From Candidatus Bathyarchaeota archaeon (GTDB taxonomy: Archaea; Thermoproteota; Bathyarchaeia; Bathyarchaeales; Bathycorpusculaceae): 64,000 nucleotides of DNA. Positions 1-8,967 of this stretch are shown piece by piece; position 1 is the stretch's first letter, and every line of letters starts with the position of its first letter. The notes under the pieces are model-generated. The model was given only the letters and a program-made list of their open reading frames with translations, was not told the DNA's origin and made no database searches. The translations under genes and the position numbers were made by a program. The stretch covers positions 160,001 through 224,000 of the forward strand of contig CAWABA010000006.1 in assembly GCA_963780185.1 (NCBI GenBank). The letters run 5' to 3'.

Positions 1-87
1 GTCGACAAAGAGGCGCCTTCCAAAGTGGTGGGTGTCTTGACAAGCGAAGCCGTCGCCAACGCCTACGAGAAAGCCAAGAACAGCTAA
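1..87 (+). CDS. 3' end of a gene cut by the window edge, CBS-domain-like C-terminus
   Basis: Frame 1 reads VDKEAPSKVVGVLTSEAVANAYEKAKNS*; VVGVLT..D/E is typical of the end of a CBS pair. Confidence 0.5.
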   Translation, partial: VDKEAPSKVVGVLTSEAVANAYEKAKNS

Positions 88-198
88 CGCCGACTGGCAA
101 AAAGTATGTAATTTCTGAAATAGACAAACCCTCTTATCCAAAAAATGCGGTAGATAAGTTCAGTCAACTTAACCTTTATTGCAAAGTGGTGAACCAAC

Positions 199-834
199 AT
201 GGGAACAGAAATCCGCACATTCACGTCCCTAAAGGACATAACAGAGTACCTTACGAATCAAACTGTGCAGTACCGCGCCCTCTACGAAGACTACAGCCAA
301 TGGCTCGGCACACTGCTACGCGACTTGGAAGGCACCCACAAAAACGACGAATGGTACCAGAAGTCAGCGGCGCTGCAAAAAAACCTTAAAGCGCAATCGA
401 AAAAACCCGCGGAGCCAGCCGACAAAGGCAAGAAAGGCGGCAAAGGAAAAGAGGTGCAATCTTCCTGTTGGGTGCAGTCAGGCGACATCCAAATCAGCTT
501 CACTGAGCAGGGACAAGCAGAAATCCTGTTTGAAGCCATCGAAAAAATAAAGGTTAAGATTGCGGAAAACGAGAAGTTCAAATTGACTGTTGCGCAGCTT
601 GCCCGTTTGGGGCTTGGAACAACCATCAGCTACATCGTATACTTTGAAGAAGACGTACCCAAAAAAATCGTGCTCAAACCCAAAGCAAACGCCAAGGGAG
701 ATGAAGCCTTCAAATTCATCGCAGAGCTCTCAGTGCCAGCATTCTACAACTATGACAAACCCCTAAAACCCCAGGGCTCAGCCAGCCCCAGAAACATCAG
801 GCGATGTTGGCTACATGCAAAAGTTAAATATTGA
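199..834 (+). CDS. Hypothetical protein (coiled-coil, Lys-rich linker)
   Basis: 211 aa ORF with host-like codon usage; the C-terminal ~25 aa may be an indel artefact. Confidence 0.6.
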   Translation: MGTEIRTFTSLKDITEYLTNQTVQYRALYEDYSQWLGTLLRDLEGTHKNDEWYQKSAALQKNLKAQSKKPAEPADKGKKGGKGKEVQSSCWVQSGDIQISFTEQGQAEILFEAIEKIKVKIAENEKFKLTVAQLARLGLGTTISYIVYFEEDVPKKIVLKPKANAKGDEAFKFIAELSVPAFYNYDKPLKPQGSASPRNIRRCWLHAKVKY

Positions 835-1404
835 AAACACAAAAATGAAGTAAAGAAGGAATACGCCGTAAACCCGCAGTACTCGGTCTCCGGAGTCACC
901 GTTTCAATTAATATTACTAGTTTACACGCTGAAAGATCCGGCGAGTACCTAGCGAAGGAAGAACTGTTTTTTGACGTGAACGCGAAGCTGGAGGAGCAGA
1001 AAAAACCAGGCAGCAACGAAGTGCTCCTCAACTTTGAACTGGCGATTTCCACCAAACCCAACGTCGTGAAATACAACATCGCGGGCAGCGTAAGCCTAGT
1101 CGGCAAGCCAGAGGACATAAAAAAGAAGCTGGAAGTCAACCCGAAAACAAAAATCCCCCAGTTACTCTTCACCATCTACCAACACGTTTTCAGCTCAATC
1201 TACATGCTTTCCTCCAACCTGAACACGCCGTACCCGCCGCCTGACCTGCTTCACCCGATGGCGGAAAAAATACAGATAATATCAGGCATACCCCCAGCAG
1301 AAAAAACGGAAGTCCCAGCCGCGGCTCCAGCAGCAGCGCCCGCATCCACTCCGCCGCCTTCTGCACCTGCACAGCCGGCAGCGGGACAAGCGGCGCCAAA
1401 ATAA
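815..1404 (+). CDS. Archaeal SecB-like fold hypothetical protein with Pro/Ala tail (probable frameshift near 840)
   Basis: The frame of ORF 976-1404 is open back to 835; ATG at 815 joins it via an A-run; ends in LNTPYPPP, similar to archaeal SecB-like proteins. Confidence 0.45.
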
Positions 1405-1549
1405 ATCGGTAACTATCGGCTTTTCCACTTTTGGGTCTTTCCCATTTTTCAAGGCTTGTTGATGGTAGTTTTGTCGGACATATTTCAATGTTGGATATAG
1501 CTCGGATAGTGGAGCAAGCCATTAAACCGTTTTTCAACAACTTGTCTCA

Positions 1550-1807
1550 GTGAGAAAGGAGAAGAAGTCTTTGGAGACAACAGTAGCCACCTTGCTCTTA
1601 GTGGTTGCGTCGGTTGTATTTGCCTGCACGGTAGTGTCCTATGCAGTAGCCACCATCGAACAGACAATCAACACCCAAAACATGCCTGAGTTGAGTCAGT
1701 TGAAAACGTTTGAAAACAACCTTCTGAACCAGACAGGCATAATGAACGGAACTCTGCCGCAGCTTCCGAACCCGCACGCCGTAACCCGCAGTTTCAAGGT
1801 AGCTTAG
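1550..1807 (+). CDS. Small archaeal type IV pilin-like protein
   Basis: N-terminus RKEKK-SLETTVATLLLVV resembles a class III signal peptide followed by a hydrophobic helix. Confidence 0.55.
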   Translation: MRKEKKSLETTVATLLLVVASVVFACTVVSYAVATIEQTINTQNMPELSQLKTFENNLLNQTGIMNGTLPQLPNPHAVTRSFKVA

Positions 1808-1903
1808 ACGCATTTTCGTGTTTGGTAGCTGTGCTGATTTTGAATGTGGTTTTTGAATTCATAAATCCTAAAATGGTGAAGCCGCAATTATGACTGAAGA
1901 TTA

Positions 1904-2233
1904 ATGTCTACTGGAACAGGAGAAGAAATATCAAGATTCGATGCGGAAAACGCCACGTCCCAGACCATGGACTTCCTCAAAAGGCTAGGCTACAAACAGA
2001 GTTGGCAGCCCATGAAGGTATCAATGGACGGCGACCTGTACATTGTCGAGATGTCAGTTCCGAAGCTGACGGCTAAAGTGCAGATAAACTCCAAAACCAA
2101 AGACATAAAAGAATACGAACTCACAGAAAGCGAAGCCGCAAACAACTCGTTTTTCAACTCGAAAAAAATGATGCTTATCGTTGTCGGCGCGTCGGCAGCG
2201 GTTGTTTTGCTGAATTTGCTTGGTCTCTTTTGA
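1904..2233 (+). CDS. Hypothetical protein with C-terminal TM anchor
   Basis: 109 aa ORF ending KKMMLIVVGASAAVVLLNLLGLF. Confidence 0.65.
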   Translation: MSTGTGEEISRFDAENATSQTMDFLKRLGYKQSWQPMKVSMDGDLYIVEMSVPKLTAKVQINSKTKDIKEYELTESEAANNSFFNSKKMMLIVVGASAAVVLLNLLGLF

Positions 2234-2264
2234 TTCCGCAGATTTTCTCCGAAATCAGTGCCAC

Positions 2265-2621
2265 TCACTTGGGTTTGTAGCGGTTTTTCTCCGAGAAGTA
2301 ATCCATCACTCGGGTATCGTCGAAGAATCTGGCAGAATGCGCCTTCCCCGCAGCAACAAGGTACTCGTCGCCTTTCCTGTACCGCGTCGATTTGCCGTCG
2401 ACAGTTAACTCCATTTCGCCATCCACAACCATACCCCACTGCGCGTAAGTGTGACTATGCGCTGGCATATCGGTGCCACGTTCAAACTGGAAAAAAACAA
2501 GCTGGCTATCCTCTGCCTGCAGAATCCACGCTTTCCCGCCCTCGCAAGCAACCTTCGCCTCAGGCAGACTGGTTATGACGTCAGGATAAGCGGAAACCTT
2601 CTGACCCTTTGTTTTACTCAA
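2265..2621 (-). CDS. Cupin domain protein
   Basis: PAHSH-x3-QWGMVVDGEMEL and GDEYLVAAGKAHSA cupin motifs. Confidence 0.85.
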   Translation of the reverse strand: MSKTKGQKVSAYPDVITSLPEAKVACEGGKAWILQAEDSQLVFFQFERGTDMPAHSHTYAQWGMVVDGEMELTVDGKSTRYRKGDEYLVAAGKAHSARFFDDTRVMDYFSEKNRYKPK

Positions 2622-2748
2622 ACGTTTTACCCCACAGAGGTATCAACGGCGAAAAGATAGAAAAACCCTTTGATTACCAGTTAAATAACAACAGTTTTTT
2701 GCATTCTCTAGCGAAAATAGAAAATTTTCATTAAGAAAAATCTCGGTT

Positions 2749-3075
2749 TCAGGTTTGGTATTTTGGGCGTTTGGCTTCTTTTTCCCAGAAATGTTCGTCG
2801 TCGACCATTATGACTTGGACTTCAACAACGTTTTTTGGGGTGGTTAATGCCTTGCGGAGCTTGGTGGGTAATTCGGGTTTTGCCAAAAGCGCCATTCTGG
2901 ACTTCTCCTGCAGCTCTGCGATGCGTTCCGCGTTTTTGTTGGCGTAGCCATGGTACTTCACGCTTTTTCCTTCGATGATGGCTTTGTCAAAGTCGTCTTT
3001 GCTGCATTGGATCAGTTTTTCGCCGTCTCGAATGAACCAGTAAGGCAGAGTCTTAGGCATAACAATCGTAGCCAA
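2749..3075 (-). CDS. Hypothetical protein
   Basis: 108 aa ORF with protein-like composition. Confidence 0.6.
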   Translation of the reverse strand: MATIVMPKTLPYWFIRDGEKLIQCSKDDFDKAIIEGKSVKYHGYANKNAERIAELQEKSRMALLAKPELPTKLRKALTTPKNVVEVQVIMVDDEHFWEKEAKRPKYQT

Positions 3076-3274
3076 TAGGTTAGGCGACTCCTAATTAACA
3101 TTGTCGTTTGGAACGCAGATTAGCGCCTCAGAAACCGAATCTAAATAAATCAACGCGGCTAAGCTATCCGCTTCATACTAACGTGTTTATCATCATGGCG
3201 CATTAAAACAAAAACACTGAAAAACAAGTTTATAAAAACGGATAATAAATTTAGAAAGAAAAAATTCTGCAGCG

Positions 3275-3421
3275 TTAACGTTTGAGAGTAAGCGTGAGAT
3301 AATGGCCTTTGTGTTCGCTCATTCGGTGGATTCTTAATTCTTCTGGATTATGAAATTTCTCGGAACATAATCTGCATTTAAATGTCTCTCCATACATTGA
3401 TCTGGTATCCAACATCAACAT
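3275..3421 (-). CDS. C2H2 zinc-finger mini-protein, 48 aa (not in ORF track)
   Basis: Manual translation MLMLDTRSMYGETFKCRLCSEKFHNPEELRIHRMSEHKGHYLTLTLKR*; F-x-C-x2-C-x3-F-x5-L-x2-H-x4-H; GGAGAAGG upstream. Confidence 0.75.
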   Translation of the reverse strand: MLMLDTRSMYGETFKCRLCSEKFHNPEELRIHRMSEHKGHYLTLTLKR

Positions 3422-3650
3422 CAACCTTCTCCATTGGCTATGCAAAAATTACTTCTTACAAGCCCTTATCAAAATGCACTTAAGCCGCTTATAAACCAAC
3501 AATAAATTCTGGCAAAAACCACCATAGCTTTCGTCAAATTTGTGTTAAGAATTAACTGCAAGAAAATCGAAATCATCTATTTAGCGCTCACATCATTTTC
3601 CAAACTCGTAAAAACTTAATTAGAATCCAGGATAATTTTACTGATGGGTA

Positions 3651-3878
3651 ATGAATTTGTCAATTGATATAAAACTTGAACGAGGCGTCAGAGGATACAC
3701 CATTGTCAGGAAAAAATGCCCGAACTGCGATGCGGAACTAATCTTCAAAATCCACAAGAACGCGATCCACGACGTAGGCGGAGAAGGACTATACTATCCT
3801 GAAGAAAACGTTGTCCGCTGCAAAGTCTGCATGAGCACATTCAAATACGAAACCAAAATCAAGCCTGAAACCAAATAA
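3651..3878 (+). CDS. Small zinc-ribbon protein
   Basis: CPNC ... CKVC pairs. Confidence 0.65.
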   Translation: MNLSIDIKLERGVRGYTIVRKKCPNCDAELIFKIHKNAIHDVGGEGLYYPEENVVRCKVCMSTFKYETKIKPETK

Positions 3879-4020
3879 GAGCAACCTGAGAAAAAAAGGC
3901 AATCAAATTACTATATGCCTTTACGTTCAAAAAATTAGTTTTCAAGGTTAACCCATAAATTTTTGGTTTTCCAGGGGCTTTCTTAAAGATTATAAGATAA
4001 TCTGTTGCTATAACGTAGGC

Positions 4021-4428
4021 ATGAAGGCTTGCGTGCTGTACATTTCACGCACAGGAAACACCAAACGTTTAGCCGAAGCAATTGCGGATTTGTTAAAAGC
4101 GCCTATTTTCAACATAGCCTCCGCCCCTGACCCTTCACTTGTTTTAGGCTTCGACTTGTTGATCATCGGGACACCAGTTATGGGTCTTGGACCAGCTCCC
4201 GAAACGCACTCGTTTGTTAAACGCTTGCCAAACGGCGAAGGAAAGAAAACGATCCTTTTCTGCACATACGCGATAAAACAAGGCGGAACCCTAAAAGTTC
4301 TGGAAAAAGAGCTAACAACCAAGGGTTACGTGAATGTTTTGAGCGTTTCAAAGCGGGGGCTCAAACCAAACAAAACTGACTTCCAAGACGTTCTATACCA
4401 GATAAGCAAGGCAACAGAACCCAAATGA
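4021..4428 (+). CDS. Flavodoxin-family protein
   Basis: YISRTGNTKRLAEAIA FMN-binding loop; IIGTPV. Confidence 0.9.
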   Translation: MKACVLYISRTGNTKRLAEAIADLLKAPIFNIASAPDPSLVLGFDLLIIGTPVMGLGPAPETHSFVKRLPNGEGKKTILFCTYAIKQGGTLKVLEKELTTKGYVNVLSVSKRGLKPNKTDFQDVLYQISKATEPK

Positions 4429-4549
4429 AGCTCATTTCGTTAAAGAACGGGGCAACGCCGGGCAACTCCACGAATAAAATGTCAAAAATTGGCTCCCAAC
4501 ATCGGCATTGAGGGCTCAATTAGGGTTCTGGCGCGGTTGAAAGGGCTTG

Positions 4550-4975
4550 CTACTGGCGCTCTCCACCAAGGGCTTCCCATATGTCCTCAGCGAAAGTCTT
4601 GTTGGACAATTGGCGCAATACGTCAAATGCAACTAGGACTCCAGTTATTTTTCCGTTTTCGGTTACTGGGAGCCGTCTTATTTTTCGTTCGCCCATAATT
4701 CTGGCGGCTTTTTTCAGGGTAATATTGGCGTCGATTGTTATTAGCGGGGATGACATGACCTCTGAAACTGGGGTAGTGTGGGGAAGGTTTTTTGCGATAA
4801 CTCTTATAACTAGGTCTCTCTCGGTTATGATGCCAACGGTAATTTTGTCATCAACAATCATCAAGCTGCCTCTATTAGACTCCTTCATGAGGTTAGCAGC
4901 TTCCAACACTGTCTGCTTCGGTCCTACATTGACGACAGGTTTCATTATCTCTTTAACAGTGCGCATAGTTTCCAT
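4550..4975 (-). CDS. CBS domain pair protein
   Basis: VKEIM...VGIITERDL...VSEVMSSPLITI...IRRLPV. Confidence 0.9.
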   Translation of the reverse strand: METMRTVKEIMKPVVNVGPKQTVLEAANLMKESNRGSLMIVDDKITVGIITERDLVIRVIAKNLPHTTPVSEVMSSPLITIDANITLKKAARIMGERKIRRLPVTENGKITGVLVAFDVLRQLSNKTFAEDIWEALGGERQ

Positions 4976-5027
4976 AATGCACCTTTAAACAAAAATAAGG
5001 TTTCCTATAGCACACAGCAGGTGAGAC

Positions 5028-5091
5028 TGGAGGGCTGGAGAGATTTGAACTCTCGTCTATAACGCCCGAGGCTACAAGCCTAGACCAAGCT
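5028..5091 (-). repeat. Partial duplicate of tRNA-Pro (D-loop to 3' end); att-like direct repeat
   Basis: Nearly identical to 8968-9032 (TGG.GGGCTGGAGAGATTTGAACTC.CGTCTATAACGCCCGAGGCTACAAGCCT.GACCAAGCT), same orientation. Confidence 0.92.
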
Positions 5092-5558
5092 TAGCTATTT
5101 TGTCTTTTGACAAACTCTTTGGGAGTCATTACCTTACCTTTCAAGTTGGGAAGCCTTTCAAAATGCTCTTTGTTCTCGGTCAATAGGACGTCACAGCCCT
5201 CCGCTATGAAGGAGGCAGCGATTACTACATCTTGGTATTCTATCGGCTGCCCCTTTGCGATAAGGTATGCGTTCAGTTGAGCAGTGTGCTTGGCTATCTG
5301 ACCGTTTAATGGGATCCATCGAAATTGACTGAGTACCTGCTCGGCTTTCTTTACCGCGCCAATATAATCCTTCCTTAGGTATGATCCCGTTAATATTTCC
5401 GAAACGCTCACAGTGCTTATAAACGCACTATCAGTACTCGTTAGCTGCTTACAAAGCTCAATAACGTCTTCTCTTCCTCTATCCACATCAACAATTATCG
5501 AGGTATCAACGAATACAGTTTCGAGCTTTCTTTCTGTCTTAGACTTTTTGCCGCTCAA
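5091..5558 (-). CDS. vapC: VapC-family PIN domain toxin
   Basis: VFVDTSIIVD, SVSEILTG, DVVIAAS, LLTENKEHF PIN motifs. Confidence 0.9.
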   Translation of the reverse strand: MSGKKSKTERKLETVFVDTSIIVDVDRGREDVIELCKQLTSTDSAFISTVSVSEILTGSYLRKDYIGAVKKAEQVLSQFRWIPLNGQIAKHTAQLNAYLIAKGQPIEYQDVVIAASFIAEGCDVLLTENKEHFERLPNLKGKVMTPKEFVKRQNS

Positions 5559-5840
5559 TCAGGGAACCAGCCCAAGACGCTTAAATCTATTTCTTGAGTC
5601 AGAGCGGAGAGATGCCAGCAGCTTTTCGAAGTCCTCGGGCAGAAAGTCAGTACAATCTTTCCAAGCTTCTTCGTTTGCTTTCTCAATCACTATCTTCTTT
5701 CCCTCTACCACCTTCATCTTCACCCTATCGCCCTCCACTATACCCGCTGCTTCACGTATTTCTTTAGGGATTGTGACTTGCGAATGCCTCGTAACGATAA
5801 CTGAATCCATAGTTTGACCACTGCTAATAATTACTGGCAT
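5559..5840 (-). CDS. vapB: AbrB/MazE-family antitoxin (VapB)
   Basis: VTRHSQVTIPKEIREAAGIVEGDRV swapped-hairpin motif, directly upstream of vapC. Confidence 0.88.
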   Translation of the reverse strand: MPVIISSGQTMDSVIVTRHSQVTIPKEIREAAGIVEGDRVKMKVVEGKKIVIEKANEEAWKDCTDFLPEDFEKLLASLRSDSRNRFKRLGLVP

Positions 5841-5990
5841 TTCTCACTAATAAGGAATTACTACAATTTAATAGGAAAAAACTTTCTGCGTCTTAAACCA
5901 TGCGATTACTAGCACTTTGCTAATAATTAAGCGGTAACAAGTTTAAAATAGTGATTTCATGCAAATAGGCACAAGGTACGTGCCACTTGA

Positions 5991-7310
5991 ATGTTGGAAA
6001 ATGCCGCTGTTTTCTTAGATAAAATGTCGGGATTCGATTTCGAAGAACTTGTTGCAGATATTCTCAGCAGATTAGGTTACGGGCATGTCGAGAAAATATT
6101 ATTTACTCAAGATGGCGGTAGGGATATTCTAATTCATTCGCCGCAGGGTTTAATCGTAGTGGAATGCAAGCATCAGCCGAAAACTAGTATCGGAAGACCA
6201 ATAGTTCAAAAGTTGCACTCAGCCGTCATCACCTCAAAAGCAGTTAAGGGCATGCTTGTTACAACAGGGCACTTTACTAAAGAAGCGTTGGAGTATGCAA
6301 GGAATCTTGCCAGTACTAATACCCAAATTGATATGATAGACCGGCCTATTCTAATCGATATGGCTTCTCGTGCCAATGTTACCATAGTTAGCGGCAGACA
6401 AAAATTAAGCGTGTGGACTTATTCACTGCCTTCAAGAGATAAAACGGCTTATGCAATATCTTCCCACGTCGCCTCATTCTCGTCAAGCTATCCACGGCAT
6501 CCCAATGAAATGATGAACAACTTAAACAGAGTGATTTCCTATAGACCCGTCTATTCGATAACGTATAACGTAAATAGTGTTTTTGAGACTTCAGTGGGAG
6601 TTGTTCATCGCGAGAGCGCTTCCCACGCTCGACTGTTTCTAGATGGAAACACGGGCTATCTATGTAGCGATGGCATTAGCACTTTTTTGGAGTCGGAACC
6701 TCAGGACGAGTTTAATCAGCCCCATGAAGACTTTGTGGGTGAGTTACCAACTTTCCAGATTGACTCTACGACAATGCAGCGAAGCGCTAAGAAATTTATC
6801 ATAGAAAAACATTCCAAAAACGTCTCCTATTATGGACGTAACAACCAAAGATATGTTAAGGCATGTGTCCCAGGCGAGAGAGAAGTTTACATTAGTGATG
6901 TACGGCAGCTTTACCTTCCTTTAATCAGGATTGATTTCAAATTAGGCTCAACAAGTTATTACACTGAGGGCGCTCAAGCTCCATCTGGACGATTATTGTC
7001 TCAATCAGACAATCTGCGGCAATGCCGAATATGCAATAAGACAATCGTTGCGGGCGCGATTATTTGCGATACGTGTGGGAAAACGACCCATTCAGGAGGC
7101 TTTTTAATCAGTTCCATCCATGGCTTCAAATGCAAAATTTGTGGTCGAACTACTTGCCGGGAGCACGGATCTTGGAGACGAAAATACTTAATTCTTAAAG
7201 AAATGGTTTGCCCAGCATGCTTTGGAGATCTTAAAAATAATAATCTTGGGTTTAGGCGATTCGAAGCTTTTGACAATCAAACTCCTCTATGGAAGAGCTT
7301 ATTCAATTAA
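5991..7310 (+). CDS. Mrr-like restriction endonuclease with C-terminal Zn-finger cluster
   Basis: FEELVADIL..LGY, DGGRDI, VVECKH, IGRPIVQKL, LVTTGHFTKEA (Mrr_cat); C-terminal CRIC/CDTC/CKIC/CREH/CPAC. Confidence 0.85.
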   Translation: MLENAAVFLDKMSGFDFEELVADILSRLGYGHVEKILFTQDGGRDILIHSPQGLIVVECKHQPKTSIGRPIVQKLHSAVITSKAVKGMLVTTGHFTKEALEYARNLASTNTQIDMIDRPILIDMASRANVTIVSGRQKLSVWTYSLPSRDKTAYAISSHVASFSSSYPRHPNEMMNNLNRVISYRPVYSITYNVNSVFETSVGVVHRESASHARLFLDGNTGYLCSDGISTFLESEPQDEFNQPHEDFVGELPTFQIDSTTMQRSAKKFIIEKHSKNVSYYGRNNQRYVKACVPGEREVYISDVRQLYLPLIRIDFKLGSTSYYTEGAQAPSGRLLSQSDNLRQCRICNKTIVAGAIICDTCGKTTHSGGFLISSIHGFKCKICGRTTCREHGSWRRKYLILKEMVCPACFGDLKNNNLGFRRFEAFDNQTPLWKSLFN

Positions 7311-7500
7311 ACTTTTGTTCGTGTCTTAAAATGAATGCTCGAGATTTTTGGTCGGGCTTCCCAGATTTGAACCAGCCTATAGGCTGATTCATTTTTTCTA
7401 AAAAGAGTTACTATTTCAGTGTGCGGAAATAATACAGGAAAACTTATCTCGTGTAAGGAACCATACAGATAAAGAGAAAATCTAGAAACAGTGGGAAGAA

Positions 7501-8391
7501 ATGAGCGATCTGTCAAAGATACTCGAATACTTGCGTGATATTGTTAGTGCACCCATCTTGAACATCATAATAATAGCCGGAATTATTTTCGCCTTTGTTT
7601 CATTTTTTAGTTTTAATGGACTGAGTAATTTTAGGTTACAGGTAAACCCGAATTTAATTATGTTCGCAACAGGATGCGTGTTAATTTGCTCTGGAATAAG
7701 TGTATATGCGGTAACTAGAGAAATAGAAAGAGGTTCAAGAGCGGCAAAGATTAAAGACGGATTAAAGTTCAAACTTGGACGAACCACAGTCATTTTGAGA
7801 AAGGGAAAAATTCAAGACGCTGCTGGCTTAGATAGAGAGACAGCAGTTGTACTTCCTGTCAATACAACATTCGTCGACGATTGCACTTCAGATAAAAGGA
7901 GTGCGACCGGCGCATACATTCTGGAATTTTACCCGAATGAACTATCAAAAATCCAGCAAGTAATGAATGAGCAATTGGAAAAACTTGGCTACCGTAAAAC
8001 CGGAAATGGCACATTAACTCCGGGAACCACGATACTTCTACCTTCGCCCTATGACACGCCCGCTAAAGTGTTGATGACTGCATCTACCTTTAGAGAAGAA
8101 AAAGTGGGAATCAAAGCTGAACCAAATATTATTTGCGATTGTGTGGGAAAAATATTCGAATTCACCGCTGACAAGAAGATCAGTAAATTCCGTATGCCCG
8201 TCTTAGGTAGCGGTCATGGAGGCTTAGATATAAACGAAGCTTTAGCACTACTGATGATTAGCATCAAATATTACTCTGAAAATTCATTCCACCACGTAAA
8301 GCAGACGGAAATCATAATTATGGAAAATGATATATCCAAATTAAGAGAATGTTGTATACAGTACTTTGCAACTTTGGGGGAAAATAAATGA
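7501..8391 (+). CDS. 2TM + macrodomain protein (ThsA-macro/DUF6430-like)
   Basis: Two N-terminal hydrophobic helices; VVLPVNTTF, PGTTILL, MPVLGSGHGGL macrodomain motifs. Confidence 0.78.
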   Translation: MSDLSKILEYLRDIVSAPILNIIIIAGIIFAFVSFFSFNGLSNFRLQVNPNLIMFATGCVLICSGISVYAVTREIERGSRAAKIKDGLKFKLGRTTVILRKGKIQDAAGLDRETAVVLPVNTTFVDDCTSDKRSATGAYILEFYPNELSKIQQVMNEQLEKLGYRKTGNGTLTPGTTILLPSPYDTPAKVLMTASTFREEKVGIKAEPNIICDCVGKIFEFTADKKISKFRMPVLGSGHGGLDINEALALLMISIKYYSENSFHHVKQTEIIIMENDISKLRECCIQYFATLGENK

Positions 8392-8756
8392 TAGTGTACC
8401 ACTATACCGAAGAGAGAGCATATAATGAGATAATAGAAACAAATGAGTTTAAGCCTTCTAATTTTTCCACATCATTAGATTGCACTTATGGAGAAGGTTG
8501 GTATTTCACAGATTTAACTCCCAATATGTCCAACCAAGAATTATGCCAATTATGGGGTCAACTCGTACCCAAAAGAACTAGATTCTACTTAGAATTTGAT
8601 GTAGACCAAAGCTTTCTTCAAAACACACGTTCACATGTTTATAGATTTCCATTGAACAGTTTGAAGGAGCCTGTCATCAGATTGGATTTTCACTATCATT
8701 TACAAAATTTTCCTGAGAAAATAGTGCTTAAACATACGAGAAAAGGTAGAAGATAA
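8388..8756 (+). CDS. Tox-ART-HYD1-like ADP-ribosyltransferase
   Basis: VYHYT..AYNEI, YGEGWYFTDLTP, YLEFDV, RSHVY; ATGA overlap with the upstream gene. Confidence 0.78.
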   Translation: MIVYHYTEERAYNEIIETNEFKPSNFSTSLDCTYGEGWYFTDLTPNMSNQELCQLWGQLVPKRTRFYLEFDVDQSFLQNTRSHVYRFPLNSLKEPVIRLDFHYHLQNFPEKIVLKHTRKGRR

Positions 8757-8967
8757 GTGCATCTCCTTTAACTTTGGCCACCGGACCGTTGATCAAGTTA
8801 AATTCTCATCAGGTGAAATTAAGTCAAACAGAATGGCAAATATTCCATCCCCTTTGTCCCCTTCACTCGACTAACTGCCAATTACTCTGGCTTAAAGTGA
8901 TACTTTCTAACAACAGTTATAAAAATAATTATTTTTGAAACTGAATGAATTTTTCGGAATAGACATT

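Noticed and set aside
832-834. In-frame TGA between ORF 199-834 and the frame of ORF 976-1404, as possible selenocysteine readthrough
   Set aside because: No redox motif context or evident SECIS; an ATG at 815 plus an indel in the A-run near 840 explains it more simply
199-1404. Possible arcadin/crenactin-locus genes
   Set aside because: Only a vague resemblance and no actin gene in the window; cannot be supported without a search
5028-5091. Second functional tRNA or split-tRNA half
   Set aside because: Lacks the 5' acceptor strand, has a damaged 3' end, and shows no complementary leader or BHB motif; it fits an att repeat
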